Source: Bacillota bacterium (GTDB lineage Bacteria > Bacillota > UBA5301 > Bu52). From it: a DNA stretch of 64,000 nucleotides. Positions 28,838 to 37,245 of this stretch are shown here, piece after piece. The notes beneath the pieces were generated by a model. It had not been told where the DNA came from. It saw only the letters and a list, made by a program, of their open reading frames with translations, and did no database searches. A program made the position numbers and the translations under genes. The stretch is taken from contig JADBKO010000002.1 in the NCBI GenBank assembly GCA_014896355.1, forward strand, positions 37,631 to 101,630, written 5' to 3'. Each line of letters begins with the position of its first letter. Position 1 is the first letter of the stretch.

Positions 28838-31800
28838 CTACATCGCCAGGCGGAACACCAGGTAAGGGCTGAAAGAGGGGGCCACTTGCCCATCTGGCCC
28901 TTCCCGCCCGGCGATGGGCACAGCCACCCCGACCCCCAGCTGCAGCGTCAACGGCCGGTAGAATAACTCCCAGCTGCTCATGATCTCACCGCCGGCGGAG
29001 GCCCGCAGCGGATGCATGACCACGCCCTGTGCCCCCGCCGGGCCCTCTGCCGCCGGAGAGCCCGGCGCAGGCCCCTTTTCCGCGCCGGTCAGGCCCGTTT
29101 CCCCCGTCATGCCGGCCTCCACGAAGCCTGCCACGTCCAGGGAGCGCAGGAAGAGAGGCTGATCCGCCCAGCCCCGCTCCACGAAGAACAGCGGGTGCTG
29201 GATCTGCAGGCTGGCTTTGGCTGCCACGTCGCCCGTGTCGAAGCTGTCCGGGAAGCCCCGCAGGCTGAACGGGCCGGGGTTTGCATCCAAGAGGGAGCCA
29301 TCCCCGCCCAGGGACCAATAGCCGGGCCGGTTGGCCCACCCCAGGCGGAGGCCCACCTGCGCACTGCGGGCATACCCGGGGGCGAAGGAAAAGGAATGGT
29401 CGGCGAGCATGGCAGTGGTGCCTGCGTCGGCGTCCGACGGGCCCTCCAGCACGTACTGGGCGCTGAAGGATGTCTGCTGCGACCACTGCACGGCCTTGCC
29501 GGCTCCCTGGCTCTGCCAGACCAGAGCCAGGTCCGTCCAGGCGTCCCCTTTGTAATCCGCCGGCAGGAGCACCCCGACGTCGGCGGGCTGCTCCCGCCGC
29601 TGGCCGCGGGCCAGGTCTGCCTGCACGCCCACGGCGTTGTGGCCGTTCAGATTATACGTCCAGCCGCCTGCGACGCCTGCCTGCCAGCGGTACGTATCAT
29701 CCCAGGTCAGGGCCGGCGCCAGGATGCCCGTGGGGGTTCCGGCGGTTCCCAGCACTGCCGGCGGCGTGGCGACGGCATTATACGAGGCGAATGCCCCGAT
29801 GACTGCGCCGGGAACGGCCGGCAGGCTAGCGGAAGCCCAGGCGGAACCTACGGCATCCGGGCCGGCGGCAGCTCCCACGCTGACGCCATAATTCAGCCAA
29901 CCCAGGGGATCGTAGCCGCTGGTCCCGACCCCCAGATACAGCCGTTCGTGATAGGAGCCGGAGGCCACGGGGATCCAGTAGCGGGGCCGGGCCGCAGCCA
30001 CAGGGCTGTAGGGTGCAGGCTGCGCCTGCACGGGGCCTGCCGGCGATGTGCCCGCGGCCTCCTCGGCCGGAGGCGTCGTAGCCGGCGCAGTCATGGTCGG
30101 AAGGACCTCTGTGCGGGCCGGAGAGTCGGCCAGCGCGGGCGCCTCGACGGCCATTCCGGCTCCGGGATGATACGCCTGCCGGTAGACGTCGTATCCTTGG
30201 GCAGAATAACGCATGAAGTAAAGCTCTCCCGCGGCCACCGAGGGATGTAAATCGCCATAGACGGCCTGGGTCAGCTGGTGGATGCGGCCCGCGGACGGAG
30301 CGGGAGCAGCGGAGCCGCCCCCGGCCATGGCGACACTGTAGATGCTGAAGGCGCCGCCGGCGTCCGATTGGAACAGCAGCTCGCTTCCATCGGAAGACCA
30401 AGCCGGTGCTCCCTCCGCGCCGGTCCCGGGCGTCACGCGCCGCCAGCCCTCCTGGGGCCGCTCAAGGTCCAGAACCGCCACGTATTGCCTGCCGTCGCCG
30501 GTGAAGTACGTCCCCGCCAGCCGGCGTCCGTCCGGCGAGAAGGTCAAATCCTGAACGTAACTGCCGTCGCTGCTCTGCCAAACCAGCCGGGCCTGGTCGG
30601 CCTGCAGAGGAGTCCCCGCCCTGCCGCCATCCCGAGCGAGGGCCACCCACAACTGCCAGCGCCCGGAGGGGGCATCAAAGGCCATCAGCGCCAGGCGTCT
30701 CGGGCTGGAGGCAGCGGCGCGGGCTTGTGGATCCGCGGAGGATGCAGGGGAAACGGAGGCAGGCACCGGCGTCCCCAAAGCAGCCGAAAGCACCCGGCGT
30801 CCACCGGCCAAAGGCAGGGGCAACCGCCTGCCGGACCTCAGGTCCAGCAGCCGCAGGTCCAGGAAAACCTGGCCGGCTCCCTGGACTGCGGCCTGCCCGT
30901 AGAGCAGATAACCGCCGTCTGCGGACCAGGACAGGGTCGCCCCGAATGGCTGGTCCGTCAGCCGGGTCTCGCGGCCGGTGGCGAGATCCCGCAGGAACAG
31001 GCCGCCGCCGTTGTTGCCGAAATACTCGTAGGCCAGATACCGTCCGTCGGGCGAGACGGCGGGCAGAAGGGTGAGCCACCCCTGGTGCGTGACGGGGACC
31101 GGGCCGGCGGAGGCTTGTTCTTGCAGCACTCGGCTCAGTTGCTCTTGCTTTGCCAGCAACAGCCGGCGGGCCTCCTGGGACCGCTGGAGGAACTCGCGGC
31201 TGGCGCTGTCCCAGATTTCCCACGCTTCCTGCCCGCAGACGGCCTTGAACGCGGCATTTAAGTCACCGCTGGGGTAGAACGCATAGTGCCGCAGGACTCG
31301 CTGTACCGCCTGGATGCCATAGTGGCGCGCCACGTAGTCCCAGAATACCCAGCCAAAGAGGTAAGGTGCACCCTGCGGTGCATAATCGTGGGAGCCGTAG
31401 TCCCCCAGGGCCTGGTCCCAGGTGGGCCAGCGGCCGGAATCCGCCGCAGCCCGCAGGACCATGTTGAACGCGGCGCTGCGCCCGCGGCCGCCGGAGGTCA
31501 GCTGCGTTTCCGCCCATACCGCCAATCCCTCCAGAAGCGTAGGAGGGGTGTCAATGCTGGCCCAAGGGGTGGTCAGCAGCGGGACATGGCCGAAGATGCT
31601 TCGCAGCACACTGGTGACACCGGTGGCGGTCTCCATGTGCACAGCGTGTGTGAATTCGTGGATGATGAGCATCTCCAGCAGGGAACGGCTGTCCGCCTGG
31701 AGACCTGCGGTGCACAGTGCCAGAATATCGGGAGGGGGCAGCAGAAGGGCAACCTGGGGATAAGCCAGATCCTGCGTGAAGCCGTTGAAAGTGTCCATAT

Positions 31801-32212
31801 TGTCGGACACCACCAGGTAGAGGTTTGCCGGCTCCGGCTGGCCCAGCAGGCTGCTGGTCTTGGCCAGGGCTTCTTCTGCCACCGGCAGGGTGGCGCGGGC
31901 GTAGTCCTCGTATCCTTTGGGATAGAGGAGGGTGACATGGCTGCCTTTCAGGGTAAACCAGGACGCTGCCATGCCCGGTCGCGCCGGCAGGCCTGCCTCC
32001 GGGGCCCCGGCTGCGGGGGCGGCAAGGCGCGGCGCAGCCTCTGCCACGCCGGCGGCCGCAAGCAAGTCCATGGCTTGAAAAGCCCATGATCCGGCCAGAA
32101 TGGGCAACAACGCACCCAGCAGAGCCGCTGCAAAGGACCGCCGCAGGGCGGTTTTTGAGACGTGGCGGGCTGCGCAGGTCCGGCTGAGACGCCGGCTGAA
32201 GGGGAAGAGCAT
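28838..32212 (-). CDS. Large secreted multidomain protein: HExxH metallopeptidase-like domain, TolB-like beta-propeller, and a C-terminal Gly/Trp/Tyr-rich beta-barrel-like domain
   Basis: I chose the start at M of 'MLFPFSRRLSRTCAA…' (32212). It gives a signal peptide ending in AFQA. Further upstream the ORF is antisense to the DUF763 gene. The peptidase motif is 'IIHEFTHAVH'. The propeller repeats are 'PDGRYLAYE', 'SWSADGGYLLY', 'FSPDGRRLAGTY' and 'SSDGSELLFQSD'. The last ~450 aa show an amphipathic alternating pattern. Confidence 0.6.
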   Translation of the reverse strand: MLFPFSRRLSRTCAARHVSKTALRRSFAAALLGALLPILAGSWAFQAMDLLAAAGVAEAAPRLAAPAAGAPEAGLPARPGMAASWFTLKGSHVTLLYPKGYEDYARATLPVAEEALAKTSSLLGQPEPANLYLVVSDNMDTFNGFTQDLAYPQVALLLPPPDILALCTAGLQADSRSLLEMLIIHEFTHAVHMETATGVTSVLRSIFGHVPLLTTPWASIDTPPTLLEGLAVWAETQLTSGGRGRSAAFNMVLRAAADSGRWPTWDQALGDYGSHDYAPQGAPYLFGWVFWDYVARHYGIQAVQRVLRHYAFYPSGDLNAAFKAVCGQEAWEIWDSASREFLQRSQEARRLLLAKQEQLSRVLQEQASAGPVPVTHQGWLTLLPAVSPDGRYLAYEYFGNNGGGLFLRDLATGRETRLTDQPFGATLSWSADGGYLLYGQAAVQGAGQVFLDLRLLDLRSGRRLPLPLAGGRRVLSAALGTPVPASVSPASSADPQARAAASSPRRLALMAFDAPSGRWQLWVALARDGGRAGTPLQADQARLVWQSSDGSYVQDLTFSPDGRRLAGTYFTGDGRQYVAVLDLERPQEGWRRVTPGTGAEGAPAWSSDGSELLFQSDAGGAFSIYSVAMAGGGSAAPAPSAGRIHQLTQAVYGDLHPSVAAGELYFMRYSAQGYDVYRQAYHPGAGMAVEAPALADSPARTEVLPTMTAPATTPPAEEAAGTSPAGPVQAQPAPYSPVAAARPRYWIPVASGSYHERLYLGVGTSGYDPLGWLNYGVSVGAAAGPDAVGSAWASASLPAVPGAVIGAFASYNAVATPPAVLGTAGTPTGILAPALTWDDTYRWQAGVAGGWTYNLNGHNAVGVQADLARGQRREQPADVGVLLPADYKGDAWTDLALVWQSQGAGKAVQWSQQTSFSAQYVLEGPSDADAGTTAMLADHSFSFAPGYARSAQVGLRLGWANRPGYWSLGGDGSLLDANPGPFSLRGFPDSFDTGDVAAKASLQIQHPLFFVERGWADQPLFLRSLDVAGFVEAGMTGETGLTGAEKGPAPGSPAAEGPAGAQGVVMHPLRASAGGEIMSSWELFYRPLTLQLGVGVAVPIAGREGPDGQVAPSFSPYLVFRLAM

Positions 32213-32455
32213 GGACACGGAGACGTCACCCTCCCTGGAATCCGCTGCCAGGCGGGATTCGGCGCTGGCAGAACATCGCAATTCAAGCATGGGTTGGAAG
32301 CCCCATGGATCGTCAGTTCTGCAGGTACAGGGGCCTTTCCTCCTTTTGTCGAGCGTGCCAGATTCTTCTCGAAGGCTCCCGGCCCGGTCCAAAAAGGAGG
32401 AAACCCTTCTGCTGGAGGGCGAATAACAGGGAAAGAACGGGAGGCGTCCAGTTTC

Positions 32456-33805
32456 ATGAGAGGACGGCACCAGGGCACCGCGACCCTGCCCCTGCACGGG
32501 GGCCGTTGCCCTGCCTGGTTGTTTCCACGCATGCAGGCTCTGGCCGGCGAGATCGTCGAAGCCATCGTGGTGGAGTTCGGCCCGGTGGAGGTCCTGCGCC
32601 GCCTGGCGGATCCTTATTGGTTTCAGGCCCTCGGCAGTGTGCTGGGGTTTGACTGGCACTCCTCCGGGGTGACCACCACGGTCTGCGGTGCACTGAAAGA
32701 GGCACTGCGCCGCCGCGGGCCGGAGTTGGGCATTTTTGTGGCCGGGGGAAAAGGAGCCACGTCCAGGCAGACCCCCCGGGAAGTGGAGGAGATGGTCTCC
32801 CGCTACGCCCTGGCGGCGGACGCAGGAAGCCTGGTGCGCGCCAGCCGCCTGGCAGCCAAGGTGGATAACACGGCCATCCAGGACGGCTTTCAGATTTACC
32901 ACCACACCTTTATCTTCACCCGGGACGGGCAGTGGGCCGTGGTCCAACAGGGGATGAACGGGGAAACCGGCTGGGCCCGGCGCTATCATTGGCTGAGCAC
33001 GGCCGATGCGCCGGTGATGGATTTCACCTGCGAGCCGGAAGCAGCAGTCTGCTGCGATCAAGTCACTTCGCCTCTGAATTTGGTGGCACGCGAAGGCGGC
33101 ATCAACCGGCAAGCATCCGTGGAGCTGGTGCGGGAGAAACCGGAGCGATTGTTGCGCCACTACGGGCGGATCCTTGCGGATGTGGCACGACTGCCGGCGC
33201 CGCCTCCCTCGCAGTCCTCGACCGCGGCAGACGCCGCGGCCACGGGGGTGGGGTGGGGTGCGGCGGCGCTGCGGACCCAGGCACCGCGGGCCGTCCAGCT
33301 GAGCCTGGCCTGGCAGGGGGCAAAAGGCCCGGTCCGGCGTGAAGCGGGTCCCCCTGGTGCCGTTCCGGCGGCGGGGCAGGAGATGGATCCGCAGGAGTTC
33401 CCGCCTGGGGAAGCGGACGCCCGGCGCCTGCAGCGCCTGCGGTCCTTGTGGCTGCCGGCGGCGCACGCAGTGCCCCAGGCCCAGCATCTGGAGAGGGTTC
33501 TTCTGGATCTCTATTCCCAGCCGCCGCAGGATTTCACCAGTCTTCTGGCCAGACCCGGGGTAGGTCCCCGAACATTGCGCGCGCTGGCCCTCATGGCGGA
33601 GGTCATCTACGGGGCGCCGGCCAGTTTTCGCGACCCCGTGCGCTACAGTTTCGCCCACGGCGGAAAGGATGGAACGCCATTCCCGGTGGACCGGCCTTTG
33701 TACGACCGTTCCATTGAGACCTTGCGGCGGGCCCTGGAAATGGCCCATATCGGCAGAACCGACAAAATCGAGGCCTTCCGCCGGTTGGCGAAGTACGAAC
33801 CCTGA
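32456..33805 (+). CDS. DUF763 domain protein
   Basis: A GGGAGG RBS precedes it. The N-terminus 'TATLPLHGGRCPAWLFPRMQALAGEIVEAIVVEFGPVEVLRRLADPYWFQA' is typical of DUF763. Confidence 0.6.
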   Translation: MRGRHQGTATLPLHGGRCPAWLFPRMQALAGEIVEAIVVEFGPVEVLRRLADPYWFQALGSVLGFDWHSSGVTTTVCGALKEALRRRGPELGIFVAGGKGATSRQTPREVEEMVSRYALAADAGSLVRASRLAAKVDNTAIQDGFQIYHHTFIFTRDGQWAVVQQGMNGETGWARRYHWLSTADAPVMDFTCEPEAAVCCDQVTSPLNLVAREGGINRQASVELVREKPERLLRHYGRILADVARLPAPPPSQSSTAADAAATGVGWGAAALRTQAPRAVQLSLAWQGAKGPVRREAGPPGAVPAAGQEMDPQEFPPGEADARRLQRLRSLWLPAAHAVPQAQHLERVLLDLYSQPPQDFTSLLARPGVGPRTLRALALMAEVIYGAPASFRDPVRYSFAHGGKDGTPFPVDRPLYDRSIETLRRALEMAHIGRTDKIEAFRRLAKYEP

Positions 33806-33817
33806 GGGGCGGATTCC

Positions 33818-35527
33818 ATGGCTCTTCTGGAGATCATCGGCCCGGTCATGGTGGGGCCGTCCAGCTCCCACACCGCCGGCGCAGTGCGCCTGGGCAACCT
33901 GGCCCGCGCCATTTTAGATGACGAACCGGCTCACGCGATCATCACGTTGCACGGCTCGTTTGCCGCCACCGGCCGCGGCCACGGCACGGACCTGGCCCTG
34001 GTGGCCGGGCTGTTGGGCCTGACCCCGGCAGACGAGCGCATTCCTGAATCCAGGGAGCTGGCCCGGCAATGCGGGTTGGATGTCACCTTCCGAGCAGCTG
34101 ATCTGAGCCCGGCGCATCCAAACACCGCCCTGTTCGAGCTCACGGGCCGCAACGGCGGTGCTGCGGTGGTGTGGGGACGTTCCCTGGGCGCCGGCAAAGT
34201 GGAGGTTTTCCGTATCGGCGATCTGGATGTGCAGCTGAGCGGGGAGTATGCCACGCTGGTGCTTTTTCACGAGGACCGCCCAGGCGTCATTGCCGCGGTG
34301 ACGTCGTCTTTGGCTGCAGGAGCGGTGAACATCGCCCGCATGCGGGTGACCCGTGCAGCCAAAGGCGGCCGGGCCATCACAGTTCTCGAGCTGGATCAGC
34401 CGGCTCCTGCGGCCACCCTCATGGCGATCCGCGCGCAGCCTGGCATACGCAAAGCCCTGGCGGTACCTCCTCTGGAAGGGGAAGCGCCGGCGGGAACCGG
34501 CTCAACCTGTTCCCCGCCCCCGCCCGCCGAGCTTCCGGCCGCAAAGGGGGTCGAGCCTCCCGGCTCAGGCCTCCGGGATCCCGCGGATTTTTCGTCTTTC
34601 CGGGATCTGGTTCAGCGTGCCTCTGCCTATGGGCTGAGCCTGGGTAAACTGGCAGTGCGCGAGGAGGCCCGCCGGCAGGCGGTCAGCCCCAAAACATTGC
34701 AGGATGCCATGGCCGAGCGGCTGCGTGTAATGCAGCGGGCCATCCAGCGGGGGCTCTCCGAATCCCCCAGGTCCCGCAGCGGCTTGGTGGGAGGCGACGC
34801 AGCCCGGCTGCAAAAGAGTGCCCAGGCAGGGCAGCTGCTGGGCGGACCGGTTCTGGCTGCTGCCATGGCCCGGGCCTTGGCTGTGGCCGAGGTCAACGCC
34901 TGCATGGGGGTGGTGGTGGCGGCACCCACGGCGGGATCCTGCGGCGTGCTGCCAGGGGTGCTCTCCGCGGTGGCCGAGGCCCTGAAAGCCCCGGAGGAAC
35001 GCCAGGTGGATGCCCTCTTTGCCGCTGCCGCCGTCGGCGAGGTGGTGGCCGCGGGCGCCACCCTTTCCGGAGCGGAAGGCGGCTGCCAAGCGGAGATTGG
35101 CTCAGCGGCAGCCATGGCCGCCGCAGCCGCTGTGGAATTGGCCGGCGGGCGGGCGGAGTGCGCCGCCCACGCCGCGGCGTTGGCTCTCAAAGGGCTCATG
35201 GGTCTGGTATGCGACCCTGTCTGCGGCTTGGTGGAGGTCCCTTGTGTGAAGCGTAACGCCAGTGCGGCGGCGGTGGCGCTGGCCTGCGCGGACATGGCTA
35301 TGGCTGGAGTCCGCAGTGCCGTTCCGCCCGACGAAGTCATAACCGCCGTGGCCCAGGTGGGCCGGGCCATGCCGGAGTCCCTGCGGGAAACCGGCTTAAG
35401 CGGCCTGGCTGCCACCCCCACGGCCCGCCGCCTGTGCCAAGCGTGCGCGGGCTGCAACGAGGCCGGGCCGGACCTGTTCCGCCCGGGCCGCCATCACTCG
35501 AAATTCCAGACCAGGGACAACCCATAG
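33818..35527 (+). CDS. sdaA: L-serine dehydratase, single-chain Fe-S type (beta-like + ACT, then alpha-like domain)
   Basis: The beta part has 'IIGPVMVGPSSSHTAGA', followed by an ACT-like segment and a Pro-rich linker. The alpha part has the Cys motifs (GSCGVLPG...CDPVCGLVEVPC). Confidence 0.8.
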   Translation: MALLEIIGPVMVGPSSSHTAGAVRLGNLARAILDDEPAHAIITLHGSFAATGRGHGTDLALVAGLLGLTPADERIPESRELARQCGLDVTFRAADLSPAHPNTALFELTGRNGGAAVVWGRSLGAGKVEVFRIGDLDVQLSGEYATLVLFHEDRPGVIAAVTSSLAAGAVNIARMRVTRAAKGGRAITVLELDQPAPAATLMAIRAQPGIRKALAVPPLEGEAPAGTGSTCSPPPPAELPAAKGVEPPGSGLRDPADFSSFRDLVQRASAYGLSLGKLAVREEARRQAVSPKTLQDAMAERLRVMQRAIQRGLSESPRSRSGLVGGDAARLQKSAQAGQLLGGPVLAAAMARALAVAEVNACMGVVVAAPTAGSCGVLPGVLSAVAEALKAPEERQVDALFAAAAVGEVVAAGATLSGAEGGCQAEIGSAAAMAAAAAVELAGGRAECAAHAAALALKGLMGLVCDPVCGLVEVPCVKRNASAAAVALACADMAMAGVRSAVPPDEVITAVAQVGRAMPESLRETGLSGLAATPTARRLCQACAGCNEAGPDLFRPGRHHSKFQTRDNP

Positions 35528-36447
35528 TGGCTGACCGGTGGCTCCGCCGGGCTGCTGCGGGTGCGGAACCAGCCCAGGCGGAACAGATTGCCGTTGTAGG
35601 CATATCCTGCCGAAACGCCGGCCGCAGCTTCCCACCAGCCCGGACGGTCCCAGGAGCGGTATACCCTGCCTGCGGCCTGTACTTGCCAGACTCCGCCCAA
35701 CCGCAGAACCGCGCCGCCCTGGAGGCCATAGAACATCAGATCCCCAGCCTGCCCAGGCGGCGACTGGAAAAGGCCTTCACCGGACAACAGGAATGCGCCC
35801 TGCTGCACCAAAAGCCCGGTGTTGGCCAGCGTGGAAAGGGATTTGCTCAGGTCCCCGCCGATGGGCAGGTCCCGGATGCTGCCCGCCACCTGGAGCCAGT
35901 CGGTAAGACGTACCGTGAGCCCGGCACTGCCCAGCCACGCCTGGCTCACGGCGGGTTGGGCGGTGCCCGGGGGGACGGTTTGCACGGGGAACTGGTTCCG
36001 GTAATGAATCCCTGCCCCGAGGCGCAAGGCTGTTCCTAGCGAGGTGGCCCAGACGTAAGAGAGCTGGTCTGTGCCTGCAGACGCCGTGTTCCAGCGGTCC
36101 CAGAAAAGCCCGCCCTTCCCCAGTGTGCTGCCACCATCCAGCAGGCCCAGGCGCCACTGGTTCCCATCCGGGCCGGTCCAGGCCTCGGCCAGCAGGGAGC
36201 GCTGTGCATAGTCCGCTGCCAGGGCGGGATTCACCAGCATGCTTCCGCCTGCGGACAGCGGAAGGGACGCTCCGTCCAGGGGCGTTTGCTCCAGGGCCGG
36301 CGTTCCAGACGAAACGGTTTCGGCCTGTGCCGGGCCTCCGGCGACCAGGGACAGGGCGAAGAGCGCCAGAACAGACAGGCCTATGGCCGCCCGCCTGGCA
36401 CGCAGGCGGTGCGGACAATGCTGTAATAATAAGAACTGTGGAAACAT
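35494..36447 (-). CDS. Secreted beta-barrel-like (outer-membrane-protein-like) protein
   Basis: ATG 36447 follows a GGAGGAG RBS. The signal peptide ends in AQAE. Amphipathic beta-strand periodicity is rich in G, W and Y. The C-terminus '...LSLVWNFE' is beta-signal-like. Confidence 0.5.
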   Translation of the reverse strand: MFPQFLLLQHCPHRLRARRAAIGLSVLALFALSLVAGGPAQAETVSSGTPALEQTPLDGASLPLSAGGSMLVNPALAADYAQRSLLAEAWTGPDGNQWRLGLLDGGSTLGKGGLFWDRWNTASAGTDQLSYVWATSLGTALRLGAGIHYRNQFPVQTVPPGTAQPAVSQAWLGSAGLTVRLTDWLQVAGSIRDLPIGGDLSKSLSTLANTGLLVQQGAFLLSGEGLFQSPPGQAGDLMFYGLQGGAVLRLGGVWQVQAAGRVYRSWDRPGWWEAAAGVSAGYAYNGNLFRLGWFRTRSSPAEPPVSHYGLSLVWNFE

Positions 36448-36565
36448 AGGGGGCACTCCTCCAGGATCTTGGGCATAAGAGGGACATTTCGTCTTTCAGT
36501 TCCCTGAAGAGGCCAATAATTCCTTCTCCCTGCGTGGGGGTGGGATGGGATTTCCGCACGGGTTA

Positions 36566-36594
36566 TTGACATATGCCCGTATCCGTTGTAGGAT
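36566..36594 (+). promoter_or_regulatory. Strong sigma-A-type promoter TTGACA-N17-TAGGAT
   Basis: The -35 at 36566-71 is a perfect consensus and the -10 is at 36589-94. The region is low-GC, and a 9-A homopolymer (36648-56) lies downstream. Confidence 0.45.
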
Positions 36595-36693
36595 GATATT
36601 GAGCAAATGCTCATAAATCGAATGGATCCTTCGCTTGCTGCAGCCGGCAAAAAAAAACAAGGGACCAAAGCATTCGACATGGGGGAAGCAAAG

Positions 36694-37035
36694 ATGCCTT
36701 TTGGAGATGGAACCGGCCCTATGGGCCAGGGCCCTATGAGCGGATACGGGCGTGGTTGGTGCGCCCGGGAAACGGGCAGGACGGGGCGGACGGATGCCAG
36801 GTCCACCACTCCTCGGGACTTCCGGCCGGTAGCAGGGTTTGCGCCCTGTGTCGGCCGCCATGGAGCGGGTCGCGGCGCCCGGCACCGCCCAGCCTGGGGG
36901 GCCGGCCACGGCCGTTGCCGCTGTTGGCGTTCGTTCGAGGACACAGATGGTTCGCAAGTCAAGGAATCGGAGCCTCCGGAACACGGACCTCAGAAACCGG
37001 GGGCCGCGCCCGGACCCGAAGATCCCCGTCCGTAG
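36694..37035 (+). CDS. DUF5320-like small Gly/Arg-rich protein, possibly disrupted
   Basis: The N-terminus 'MPFGDGTGPMGQGPMSGYGRGWC' matches the DUF5320 signature. The downstream part is low-complexity and lacks the expected coiled coil, so a frameshift or pseudogene is possible. Confidence 0.3.
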   Translation: MPFGDGTGPMGQGPMSGYGRGWCARETGRTGRTDARSTTPRDFRPVAGFAPCVGRHGAGRGARHRPAWGAGHGRCRCWRSFEDTDGSQVKESEPPEHGPQKPGAAPGPEDPRP

Positions 37036-37151
37036 GCCCGGAGGTCGTCCGGCGCGGGTAGGTTCCTGCCGGCCTCCCATTCCATGGGAATGGTCTTCAC
37101 CGCCCGGCAAGGCTGTCTGGCATTGCCGGGCCTGTCCATTTGAATACCCTA

Positions 37152-37180
37152 TTGTAGGGCCTTCAGGGTCATGCTATCAT
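37152..37180 (+). promoter_or_regulatory. Promoter TTGTAG-N17-TATCAT with CAGGGTCAT direct repeats
   Basis: The -35 is at 37152-57 and the -10 at 37175-80. Two copies of the 9-mer CAGGGTCAT lie at 37164-72 (in the spacer) and 37194-202. Confidence 0.4.
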
Positions 37181-37245
37181 GGTGGAGTCCTGTCAGGGTC
37201 ATTTAATCTGGATCTGCCCACAGGATCATTTCAGGAGGTGCGCCG

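Noticed and set aside
32213-33871. Upstream ~550 codons of the 1,677-aa minus-strand ORF.
   Set aside because: The stretch is antisense to the well-supported DUF763 gene. A clean signal peptide begins at the internal Met (32212), so the real gene is 28838-32212.
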